A DNA stretch of 20,006 bases from Spirogloea muscicola (GCA_009602725.1 WELB01000004.1:161542-181547), one strand, 5' to 3'; positions 8,448 to 19,762 are shown, counted from the first letter of the stretch. Numbers and translations are program-made. Notes: a model not told the origin generated them from the letters alone.

Positions 8448-11400
8448 TCAGTTAACCTGTACCAGATCATATCGCGCACCCTGCTCGCCACCCTTCTGCT
8501 TCATGTATGCAATATGGGCAACTGTGTTCCGGTACAATGTGTCAGTGGCGTCATCCTGTGCTGCACTCTCGCTGGCCATCTCTGCCGCAATCAGCTGCAG
8601 CAGACCCTGGATAACATTGCTCGTCACCTGCGGGGTGCCCTTGTCGAAAAAGTACAAGTACCTGGTGACATATTGACAAATGTGGCTGGGCTTAGAAATG
8701 AGTGGTCAGACCAGAAGCTTGTGCTCATCAAGGTAAGCTTGCTTCATGATGTGGACATTGTATCTTGTGCGTCTGAGACTGCAGGCTTGAAGTTTGCTCA
8801 CTTATTCAGGAGTTCCACAAAGAGCGTTGCTGGCCCCGAGCTGCCGCGCGTAGCGCTGGACATCCTCTGAGCGGCATTCGCAATCTTTAACGCCCGCTTA
8901 AGGCAGAGGACCACCCTGCAAGCAATTATTGAATCAAGGGCGAGAATGCTGTCACGCCGAAGCGGCATGCCAAGTAGCGCACAATGGACACTGACAGGTG
9001 ACAGACACTGCGTTGCATAAGTCATAGGAAGTAGGTGGAAATTGAGAGCACGTCAAAGAGCATGTCAGGCAGAAGTCAAGAAGGTCCTGCATGACGAGCA
9101 GGGGGGGGCAGGTGGCAGACACACCTCTCTCCATCACGGACTCCACGTTCATCGTCATTCCAGAAGAGGTGGGAACAGGTGTACACTGCGCGGCACTGGT
9201 CCGGCCTTTTGAGCAACTTCGCTGAGTACTGCCAGCAGTAATACTGCCCACATCAGTAAAAGACTGCGAGCTGATGTTGTTGCTAAATGGCAGCAACTGC
9301 TGACATTGCAAGAGTGCGCCCTTGCTCGTAAAAATTAAGAGCTGCAGGGCTGCAGCATGCAAAAAGCACAAGGGAGATGGCAACTTGTGTCAAACTGTAC
9401 ATGCCTCGACATCTACAGTGCCACAACTATAAGCCCAACTCATGAGCAAAAGATGCTGCTGGTGCACTTGAGATACGCAGCACATACTCTTCAGCAAAGC
9501 CAATGGAACAATAAAGACGAGGATACTGGGGCTTATGGTCTAGAAAAGCAAGGTATGAGGTTGGGCGACATTTGGCCAAAGGCAATAGGTATAGCATCAT
9601 TTGATGACACTGACCCCTGTGGCCTTGTGAGTGAGGGTGTCACGATTCTCAGGCCCAAAGACTAGCGTCCTCTGGAGTGTCCCAATGATGAGGTAGATTG
9701 CCGTGATTTGAGCCTTAGAGTCCTGCATCATGAAAGACCCTCGTAATAATCAGCAAAAGACTGGTGCTACTTTGCTCGACATGGAAAAGGAGGCTTGGGC
9801 CACACCAGATAGCTAAGGTGGTGGCAATCTCAGTCTAGCGTACATCTTGAAAGCAACAGGCACGCAAGACACAAGGGTCGACCGTACTTACAGATATGTC
9901 CTCCTCATACAAGACAAATGCCTGTGTGAAGAACTCGTATGCAAGGTCTTCCATCTGACATTCGCTGGCAGCCTGCAACCGCAATGACGAACATCATGAA
10001 GCAGTTAGTACATGCCAACAGTGCTCCAGCATAATAGCCAGCCTAAGGACTAAACACTGTATGCACAGAACATATGTTTAGGTTGAGCAGATTACAGTGA
10101 TTCTGTTCAGACATTTGGTGAAAGAGTGAGGCAATCACCAAACAAGCCGGAATGCCATCACTAGATATCTGGTCTCTCAAAGGCCAGTCTGCAAGTAGGA
10201 TACTTGCCTCTGCACACTGTAGATAAAGTTGTAATGCCAACTCTGAAGCGGGAACCATGGCCAGCTCTTCAAGTGTCTGTATTGAGGGGACATTTAGCCA
10301 AATGGTTCCATGACTTCAGATTTTCATCGGCCATGCCTAGCAAGAGCATACCATAAGACGCCGCTATGTAAGCGGGTCGCACCACTGATACATTGTGACC
10401 AGGTTGCATTCTATGTCGAAAACGCAATATGGTTTTCTGATTTGGCAGCTCCCTGAGACAAAGATTCTTATGTGCTGCTTCTGAAGCTGGACAGCACTCT
10501 TCTACTTATTAAAGGGGTGACTAGGAACGAACTTGATGAAGAAATCTGAACAATTTACTTCTGCTGACTCCTTCAGCCTCCTCAGACTCTTCAACATTCT
10601 GCAGACTTCGAACCAACTGTTGCAGAGTAACAACCAAGGGAGAATGTCAATCGAACCTGCAGCACAGCTGTCTGTCAGGCGGTGTGCAACAGAAGCTGAG
10701 CTTCCTCTGCTCTTCTTGTACACCTTTCAACTGGCTTCAAACAAAGTGCTACTAGTGCAGAGGAGTCACACAAGTGCTCATGGATCAGCTGCATCGGAAC
10801 AGCTGCAAGCACGATTGTCCTGCTTACCTTTAGAGTGCAGAAAACAAGGGATGGATAGGTGTAGGGAAGCCGTTTGGAACCACCGGAAGCCAAGTGTTTC
10901 CTTGTCGTGGAGAGTATCTGCAACACATTCTCAAGCAGCAGCCTGCGCCATCACAACCTAAGCAAGGTTCACCTACGAAGTGGTGTGACAAATCATGCAA
11001 GCCTTCTTCGACACTTCGCAGTGTAGCATCTGAGGCCTAAATTCCTAAAATTGCTACCTGTTAAGAGCAGTAGACTGACTAGTTGCCCTCAGCCTTAAGC
11101 CCCAAGGGTCAGAATTTCTGCGAACTCTGAGTAGGACGAGACTGGAGACTGAGCCAGCTGTACCAACTATTGTGCAGCAACATGGCAGGCAGGTGTCCAT
11201 TCCGCTCAGGGCACAACAAGTTTGTCAAGACGTGATTCTTTGCATATCGTTGATGCACAAGGACAGCTTATATTATGTCACCTTGTACATCTCCTCAGGA
11301 TCCTCAGTGTACAAGACGTGCACAAGCTTGGCAACAAGTCCTTGCTCGTCCAGGAAATCTTCATGGTCCGACTTAATATGCAAACAGAGAAACAGGGCCA

Positions 11401-14400
11401 CAAAACTGTTCATGTGGCGTTACTGAAAACCAAAGCAGACCAAGAACAGACGCTCAGGTGAAAGACAGCAGACAGGTAGAATCATTGAGAGTACCTATAG
11501 TCTAGCTTACGAAGGTGAGCAGAGGCAAGGGCCCCCCACCGACCTCGTCAAGTGGGACTGCATCATCTGTCTCCTGGATGAGCTCCTTGAGAAGGTCGAG
11601 CAAAGCTTCCACCTTGAAAAGAGGACAAACTCCGGCAAGCTACTTTCAGTAAAGTAGGAGTCAAAGTCAAGGAGCCACTTTAATGCATGGCAAAGTCACC
11701 TACTTTACTTCGTGTTCGCGTGCTTTGAATGCAGAAGGACAAGGTGAACTCCTCACTCAAGGCACCTAATGGCTGCATAAGGTATCAATGGGCCTTACCG
11801 TGGCAGACTCTTGTATGATTGTTCCATTTTTCAGGATGCTCTGGACAATTACAGAGGCCATGATTTTGTTTGTCCCTGTGTCAAGGTGGTCCATTAGGCG
11901 AGGAAAATTCTCAAGAAGAAGGACAGTCACAATGTCACTGAATTTTTCCAGTGGCGAGGTAAGCAGTAACATGAGCTGCTTGGTAGCCTTGACGTCCTTG
12001 ACTTTCCCCCTCCCTTCCAAATATCGTACCATAGCCCCCTGCATTTATCAAGCCAAAGAGAGCAGGAATCTCTAGATCAGCCACCAGCGAAGAGGGAAGA
12101 GAACGACAAGGAGCAACCAACCGAAGCACAAAAAAATTGATTACCTATTGCTGCCTTTTGTGCTTTGCCCTTGTTGCCAAGGAGAAAAGAAGCATGATAC
12201 ATTATCAGCAATGCAGGCTACACAATCACGCAACAAAGGCAAGGCGTAGTGAGCTGCTCATTGGACCTGCAAGCATTCCTGTCACAACTTGGAGGCTTGA
12301 GGCTTGTCCATCTTACCAGGACATGATCGACATAGTCAAGCCGATCACTGTGCACTTGAAGAACAAACGTCAATAGCGACACATGAAGGCTGACAGCCCC
12401 ATCCAAGGCCATGTCCGGTTGGGCCTCTATGACCTGGAGGTCACATGCAATGCAACGCTCAGTGGCACCACCTTGCACCATCGTATTCTTGCAGTTGCAC
12501 TACATATCTGATCATACAAGCAAGGCACCGCAAAATGGATATGGATTGTTGCCCAGCTTTGAGACCAACCTTTGCAACGGCCTCCGAGAACTTGGAAAAG
12601 GCATCCACCTCAAGAAACTCTGGGAGTACCTGCTATTGGAAAATGACTTCCATAAGATGACCGTGGTGACATTTCTAGGAATGCCCTTCTGGTACTTTGC
12701 AGGCTCTTCCTCGGTGCTAGCATTCTTAGATTAGTGCTCCTTCTTTGAAACACTGAACAGGTCAAGAGCCAATACTTGGAGAGCAGATGCTGACATAGGT
12801 CGACATCTTCAGACACAAGCGAGGTGCAAGAGATCAGACCTCTGGTGACATGGCTGCGTACTTGGAGAGTCGGTCCATCAGTTGTGACATGACTGTTTTG
12901 ACATCCACACCTGGCTGCCAAGGGCAGATCTTAGGAGCACGTGAATGATACAGTGCAACAGTGCAGCTGGTTTGCACGTAGGTATGAAGACCTCTGCAAC
13001 AAGGAGCACATGTACTACATGCAAGCAATCAGGATGCAGATTGTCACACACAAGCTCACCTGAAGTTGCGGGCAAGCTCCCAGCAATGTCTGCAATGTCC
13101 GCAGGTGGAAGTCATCCGGGAAGACTTGTATAACGCAGTCCATCAAGTAAAATTGCGCTATTTCGTCCTTGCAGTTGACCACCTAGAAGTGGAAGATCAA
13201 ACATTTTCTTAAGGTGCGCCTGGTCTCCATACTATTATGAGCTTGCATGCTTCTTCAAATTAGAAAAACTTTGACATTGCGATGTAGTTAAGTCTGACTT
13301 CGTGGTGACCATATCACAGAAGTCCTTCTTCCTGTACTTCATTCAGTAACAAACGACATACATTTTCCAGTAGTTCCTTCCTATTCAGTAAGCAAACGCT
13401 GGTCTCAGAATAGTCCTAGCATGCTCATGCGGATACCTGCTCAAGTATCCTTGGCAACACAGTGCTCTCGTACATCTCCAGGTGGACACCTTCCAGCTGA
13501 CTCAGGACGTGCAGGTTCTTCCCTACCTGTAAGAATTATGTGCCGCTCATACTCAGATGATCTCAAGCTGCAGGCACAGTAATTCACAAAGCACAACGGA
13601 GGTTCTCTCAGGCCATGCAAGATCACCTACCAAGTCTCTGAGTTCGCTCCGTTCCTTCTCTCGTCTCTCCTTCTCCTTTGATCCTCCCTGTCCATGGAAG
13701 CAATATCTGCTAAGGCAGTCTGCCTGGCTGTGCTCAAAGCGCGCTAAGATACATCTAGACTGCACTTGCTTTGAGTAAATTTGAAGGTCGTGAAGCTCAG
13801 TACAGAAAATACAGAAAAGCGCACCTGATGTTGCATTCTGACCCAGAGCTTGTTCATTTCCGTGAAGTTCTGTAGAACAAACTCCACAGCATCCTCAATT
13901 GCCCCTCCTTCCCTGATGTCCAACTACAGTAGGGTGTCAAGAGTGCTGGCTGAGCTGGCTGCCAGGTGCTGCACAATACATTCTCCACGACATTGGGTTT
14001 TAATTTGCTTGAGTGGACCCCGTACCCTGCATATTCAGAGCCAACGTCTGGAAGCTTGTCCCGGCTGATTTGTGACAAGTAGCTCCTCAAGAAGAGGCCG
14101 CGCACAGGATGCTGCACGCCCCGCGTCATCTCCACCAAGTCCTTGAGGACGTCTTTGGCTGGGGCCTCTTTTGACTTTATGTACACGGACCCCACCGTAC
14201 ACAGAAGGTACCTTGTTGATGAAATGACAGCGAGCATAAAGGGTGACACTGCGTCAAAAGTACGTCCTACTGTTGACTGTGTTGACTGTGTCAAGGAGAC
14301 AGACCTATCCAAATTGAGTTGGGACCTTCAGATGACCCATCTTGTATTGTAACACCAATCTCTGCAAGGCAGTGTGAGCAAGGCAGTGTTGCGCAGATGC

Positions 14401-15130
14401 TCACAGGCGCGGGACGACGTTGCCAGCATGCTGCACGAGCTCGTACAGGTCGGCACAGCTGCGCCCGTTCCTATTCGCCTCTCCAAAGAAGGACTCCAGG
14501 TGCCGCAAGTCGTCGAAAATCCTCATGTCTAGGTTTCCGTCAAGGAGGGCCTCGGGTCCAGAATCAAGTGTTGTGCCAAACTCGACAGTGTCACATGGAC
14601 TCTCTGTGCGCTGCCATGCCCGTTCGCAGGAGGGGGCCTCACCATGGCAATTGCCAAGGGAGGCAGACAAACCCCTGCTAGACTGACTGCAAATTAGGCC
14701 TGGGCCTTGCCGGCTGCAGGAGAATGTGGCGGGGGGTGGGGATACAAAGCTCGTAGTACTTCTGGGGGGAGAGCTTGGACGTGCGGAGCTCCGAGAGCAT
14801 GAGCGCGGAGAACTTGAGGGCCTCCCTGATGTTGTTGGCGTCCTGCGAGCGAAGACACGAGGTCGCCATGCATGCAGTGGCAGGCTCTGATCAGTGGGCA
14901 AGCTGCGGCGAGGGAGCGCGCTCGTGTGCTACGCCGTGAGACCAGCTCGGGAAGCTCGCGGCCGTCTGCGAGCGGCGGGCAGGAGGCCAAGGAGCGCTGC
15001 CGAGGGGGTCGACGAGATGCACCAGGGCGCGCTTCATGTGGAAGGCCTGCTGCTTGACCACGCTGAGCGCGTCCGCCAGCCACCGCTCCTGCTCCTCCGC
15101 GGCGCCCGCGCCGCCCAGCGCGGCGGCCAT
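8448..15130 (-). CDS. VPS35: Vacuolar protein sorting-associated protein 35 (retromer core subunit); complete, 22 exons, 795 aa
   Basis: Exons: 15023-15130, 14746-14842, 14405-14528, 14026-14211, 13825-13912, 13631-13687, 13437-13526, 13060-13182, 12840-12914, 12570-12629, 12317-12433, 11799-12038, 11544-11612, 11282-11371, 10828-10917, 10533-10616, 10208-10276, 9892-9972, 9615-9722, 9125-9228, 8802-8915, 8448-8661. They sum to 2388 nt with no internal stop. Motifs: [35 protein letters not shown] (PRLYL, VPS26-binding), [85 protein letters not shown]. Confidence 0.98.
9973..10207 (-). other. GC-AG intron (VPS35 intron 17)
   Basis: Donor GAG|GCAAGT and acceptor TTGCAG|GCT join LYLQCAE to [15 protein letters not shown] in frame. 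The nearest GT (4 nt downstream) breaks the frame. Confidence 0.85.
14529..14745 (-). other. U12-type (minor spliceosome) GT-AG intron (VPS35 intron 2)
   Basis: Phase-1 intron splitting the last Tyr of YYELY. Donor T|GTATCCCC; branch site TCCTTGAC (plus-strand 14539-14546) ending 10 nt before the exon (TCCTTGACGGAAACCTAG|); no polypyrimidine tract. Confidence 0.85.
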
Positions 15131-15245
15131 GNCGTCCGCCGCCGCCGCTGGCGGTGCCTCCGGCGGAGCGGCCAGGCCCGCTGCCAAGGGCTTGACCTCG
15201 CACTGCAGCTGATAGAAAATGCGGCTGCTGATAATGAAAGAGCGG

Positions 15246-15254
15246 CTATAAAAG
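15246..15254 (+). promoter_or_regulatory. TATA-box-like element CTATAAAAG
   Basis: Consensus match only. It lies about 115 nt upstream of the VPS35 ATG but is oriented away from VPS35. Confidence 0.3.
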
Positions 15255-15933
15255 GCCAGCCAGAATGGCAACGCAATGCATGCAAGTGTTCATGACGGAG
15301 CCACAGGCTAAGGCAGACAGGGCGCTCTTAGAAACCCCCGTGCCAGCAGTAGGAAGTGAAGTGAAAGGGAGGCCGAAATCTCACGAGGAAGTCTCAAGCC
15401 AATACTTTGTTCGATGGCTGATGTCTTCGTCCTAGTCCTGGCCCCCTTTCTCGTTCTTTGTTCATTCTTTCTCTATGCGCGCGCTCTTTCTTCTCTATGG
15501 GCGAGCACATTCTTCTTTGTTCGAGCAAAAAGTAGTGCAAAGAAATGGGGCTACATGAAACGAAGCCTAGGAGCCGGAAGACTGCCCATGCAGCTTCGTC
15601 GAGGCTGTCCCGTGCCAAACGAGCGAGTATGCTGCCTTTCACAGCCCCTGCCTTACATTGGAAGTGCTGTCGTTCCTCCCCACCGCCAGCGACGCTGATG
15701 GAGCCATTTTGACAGCACTCTGGCAGTGGGCGTCGAGGCTAGGACCAAGTCCCTGGCTCGGCGGCCACCTTGTCAGCGTCAAGCTTCTTGGCGCAGCCGT
15801 GGGCGACGATGTGGTGGCCATCGCCGCTGGTTTCTCCAAGTAATCAGGCAGGATCATGACATTGCCGGTCATCAGCAGCGTGGGGGTGGTTCAGTTGCAC
15901 CAACAATCATGGGCAACTGCTTGACTGCCGCTT

Positions 15934-15988
15934 GGGTGAGGGTTGTGAGAGGGTTGGGAGGAGGGGGGTGAGAAGGGGGGGGGGTAGG
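15934..15988 (+). repeat. G-rich low-complexity tract with G-quadruplex-type spacing
   Basis: GGGTGAGGGTTGTGAGAGGGTTGGGAGGAGGGGGGTGAGAAGGGGGGGGGGTAGG: six runs of at least 3 G with short loops. Confidence 0.6.
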
Positions 15989-17302
15989 AGAAAAGAAGCG
16001 CAAGAAGTCCTTGCATTGAGCTGCAAATTCTGAAAGACTGCTGCTGTTCAGAAGTGGAGTACAGTAGAGTAGAGCAGAGTACTCTGTAAAAGCTGACAAA
16101 AGCGTCGAGTGCACGTTTCTCCATTGGCGCCTGACTGCTACAAGTCGTCCAGAGATTCAGCTCCGTGTGAGCAGGCTTGAGCGATGCTGGCTAAGGAGAA
16201 AAGATGATATTGGCTGGAAATACAGAACTCCCGTTGAAAGGATGTCACACCGACAATGTGCCACTGCAGAGCGCCTGGGAGTGCAGAGCAGACTCCCAGG
16301 AACCGGGGCAGATTGTGTGGCAAAGCTCTGGAATAGGTACAACGTGAAGATGGCAGGAGCCTTGCTAGAACGGGCTGCGATTATGTCCCTCAGCTTCCTG
16401 TGTAGCACTGCTCGCTAAATACTTGACTTTGAAGCACTTCTGTGTTGGCCACTGCTTCCAGCTTGAGTTTCAAACTTGGCATCAAGACAGTTTCTGTCTT
16501 GTAGGGGGCTACAAGCAACTCGATTCCTGAGGCTCTTGGCTGCCTATTGTTCAGGCTGTGCTAGGTGGTCAGCTCTGCATGAGGTCAATTGAGCGACAGA
16601 GTTATGAGAAAGCACACTGCCAGCACCCAGAGACATCCAAGAACAGCCAATGCCGGCCTGTCAACTTGCACCAGCTCCTGTTATGCAGAGCTGAAGCACC
16701 TGCAGAATCCACCTTCAAAGCCCGCACATCCGAACAACAGCAGTTGAGGGTGTCGAGTCCTACCTGGACATGGCTGCTCGCTTTGCTGGGTGGCTTGTCC
16801 TTTGCCCCTTGCTGATGTTGTCTTGCCCGGCTCGTCTGATGTCCTTGGGCTGGCCGGCTAGCTGTCATCGCTTGCTTCTAACTGCAGGCTTTTGTTCTTG
16901 ACATGGGCCCCATGCAGGCCATCGTCACACCCAGTCGTGTGTGAGTGCTCCTGATAGGCCAAATCTGCATGCTGGCAATACGCCAAGTGTTTCCAACCCC
17001 TTGGTTGCCTTGATGCTGCACTGTCTAGACAGTCGCAGCCAGTCACAGTTGAGCTCTTAACATCAAAATCGTGACAAGGCATCTGCTTGCAGCCCTTTGA
17101 CTTCGCCACAATAGAGTGCCGAATAAACACCTTCAACTTGCTGCAAGTGCCGAGTCCTCCTGGCCTTGTAAATGTGAAAGCGATTGCAAAAGCACGAGGG
17201 CTAGGATGTAGGAGGATGGCGCATGACTTCCAGCATGCAGAGGCGCATGTATCTGTAGGGCCACGCCAGCTGGCTCAGCTTGCCTTCAAGAAGCTGCAGG
17301 TG

Positions 17303-19641
17303 CTAGCCCTTCTTGAAGAAGTTCATGATGTTGCCTTTCGGAGCAGCCTTGCCGCTCTTGGTGGCTCCTTTTGGCGTGACTTTGCCTGCAGCCGCGGGCT
17401 TTGCCAAGGGTTTTGCTGCTGGCGCATCTTGGCTGGGCCTGCATTCGCCAGAACGGGCAAGTCGTGTTTAGATTGATTGAGGTAGTGATGTGCACCGGAG
17501 TATTTTGGTGACTAAGTATGACTTTAGCATGCCGCAGTCTTGGTGATCGGCAGGAATTAGCACCACAGGAAATTCCTGTTAATTACAGGCTTGGTATAAG
17601 CTTGTCATACTTGAGGGACGGTGGCCCACGCAGTGGCTCAGGGGGAGATGACTTGGGCGATATGGGGCATTCCTCGCCATCCACGCCCTCCCAGACCATG
17701 CGTGTAACTGCATGCAAGCGAGATTTGTGAGCCGGCCCCCATATCAGAGCTTAGACATTACGGCCCACAGATAAGTAGGGTACAGTCATCAGACAAGGCA
17801 AGGCAGTCGGCGTCTATATCTGAGCAGGCTGTATGCAAGCTCCTGTGCCAGCTGTTAAGCTTAAGCCATAGTCAGGGCTAAGCTTAAGCCAGAGTCTGGG
17901 CTGGTGAGTGTAACCTTCTCTGCCTCGCTCGTCCATGACCGTCCGAAGGACCTTTCTGCGCTTGAATGTCCCAGGTGCATCTGCCACCTTCGCCTCATTC
18001 TGACCAGAGGCCTGCACGTTCACCTCGTGGAGTACATCTGGAGGGCTGACATTGTCCTGGCTACTCACAGCAGGCTCGGCCATGTGTCCCCCCTCATCGG
18101 CCGCAGGGTCTGAACATGCCGAGCTGATGAGCACCTTGGCACTGACAGGCGACTTCCCACTAAGGACGCCAACATCACTGTCAAATGCTCGATCAGAGTT
18201 CACAGGCTGAAGCGCACGGCGTGGGTGGTCATGCTCCTGCGCATCTCCTGGCTGCCCAGCCAAGGTGTCAGCATCGGCTGCAGCCGCCGGCCTTGACGGC
18301 AACTGCTTTCCCCAGAGGCTGGCGAGCGAAGCACCGCCACCATTCATGGTCCCCTGGGGCCTCTTCCTCCCTGTGGTGCAGCCGGCTTCGCAGATGGGCG
18401 CGCTGCATTGTGCTCAGGCCCGTCCTTCGTACCATTGGCCTCTGGGGTCACGTCTGTTGGCTGCTGCAGCGCCACAGGCAACGGTTTCTCCCCCAACTCG
18501 GCTTGCATTGCGGGGGCCGGCTTGGTCACGTCCGATGCAGGATTGGCCTGTGCGCTTCGAGCAGCTGCTGTATCAGCAGCGTGAGCCGGCCGTGCTTCTG
18601 AGGAGGCCACGCCGCTGAACCTGCAGCAGCGGCCACCACCAGTTCGCCAGCATCACATTGATGCCCCACCATTATCCTCTCAAAAATTGATGTTGACCCC
18701 GTTGACAGTTGGAAAATTTTGAGATTGCTTTTGACTTGTGCAAGCTCAATCCTACGGACACCTGTTGTCCCACAGGCAGTTGTCGACGCGCCGGGCCTTG
18801 TTGAAGAGCTCCTCTGCTTGTATGAACTCGGCACTCCACAGTGCTGCCGCGTCCTTGGGGAGTGCCTGCTGGACGCTGTACACATGCACGGATGTAACCT
18901 CCGCCATGGCGGCCTTGCACTCTGCGCAGCCATCATATGGAGGTGACCTCAGGTCACATCACTGCAAATCCGGCAAGGAAAACCTCCACGTTGCTCCTGC
19001 AGCCAAGCCGCAGGCAGGCATGCACGTCTCCTGCTGACAACCTCAGCCCGCGCAGTGCACCAGCAGCTGCTGACCTTCCAGCTTTCCCGAGGAGGTCAAC
19101 TGCAGCGCATGGCTTTTGGGCGCCTCCTTAGTCCAGCCCGCGACGAGGTACGTAGCCTCCACACGCCCCTTGTGACTCTCAGCAAATTTGTACAGCACCC
19201 TGGCCCAGTCGTTGCAGCCATACGAAAATGTCAGGGTCTGTGCCGGTGAACTGGACATACAAACTCATTGACATGCCTGACCTTGCGGACTGCGTGACAT
19301 GCTCAATGCGGCTGCCTGCAGTGCACATTTCGGCTCAAGTGTTTGATAGGCAGGCTGCTGCAGGACCCTTCTTACTGCTTGGCAATGTCTGAGGGCAGCG
19401 AGAATGCGCGGCTGAGCCACTTGTACGACACCTGCGGCGGTGCATGTGCCCGCAGCGCAAGCAGGGCGCAAGCTGCAGTCAGGCCATGCCACAATGCGGC
19501 TCCTTGCCAGGTGCGGTCCTGCCGATTGGAGACTAGCAGACTGGGCCGATTGGCGGACGAGCCGGACGGGCTCACCACTCTGAGCTCGTCATGGACCAGC
19601 CTCTCCAGCTCCGCGAGAAGCTGCTGGAGGTTGGCGGCCAT
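17303..19641 (-). CDS. POLD3: DNA polymerase delta subunit 3 (POLD3/CDC27/p66), with an internal reading-frame break near 18370
   Basis: Exons: 19576-19641, 19376-19431, 19075-19199, 18762-18921, 17915-18620 (frame break inside), 17611-17707, 17303-17438. N-terminal domain VVSYKWLSRAF...AKQVLYKF, TYLVAGW, VHVYSVQQALPKD, LWSAEFIQAEELF, DNCLWDNRFSG; linker SLASLWG; KRRKVLRTVMDERGREVTRMVWE; C-terminal PIP-like GNIMNFFKKG then TAG (17303-17305). Confidence 0.92.
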
Positions 19642-19762
19642 GGAGGCCGACGGAGGACGACAATCACTCGACCACGGTGGAGGGCCTGGTCGGCTTCAGC
19701 CGGCGGCCCATCGCCAGCTCGTCTGCGCTTTGCAACGCTTGCCCTGCACAGGCACCTCAGCC

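Noticed and set aside
12630..12730. Protein-like stretch in VPS35 intron 9 ([21 protein letters not shown]...)
   Set aside because: Preceded by a stop, out of frame with exon 10 and without convincing splice sites; exons 9 and 10 already join into a plant-like sequence.
13183..13436. VPS35 intron 7 donor CAG|GTATCCGC resembles a U12 donor
   Set aside because: Phase 0, strong CAG exon end, ordinary pyrimidine-rich acceptor (GATCTTCCACTTCTAG) and no TCCTTRAC close to the AG; best read as U2-type.
15414..15698. 94-aa plus-strand ORF with a hydrophobic N-terminus
   Set aside because: Hydrophobicity follows from the CT-rich composition and no domain is recognisable; not called as a CDS, kept only within the unexplained-interval finding.
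17702..17914. GTTACAC present at both boundaries of POLD3 intron 5
   Set aside because: The copies are staggered by one base relative to a true target-site duplication, so chance is the simpler explanation.
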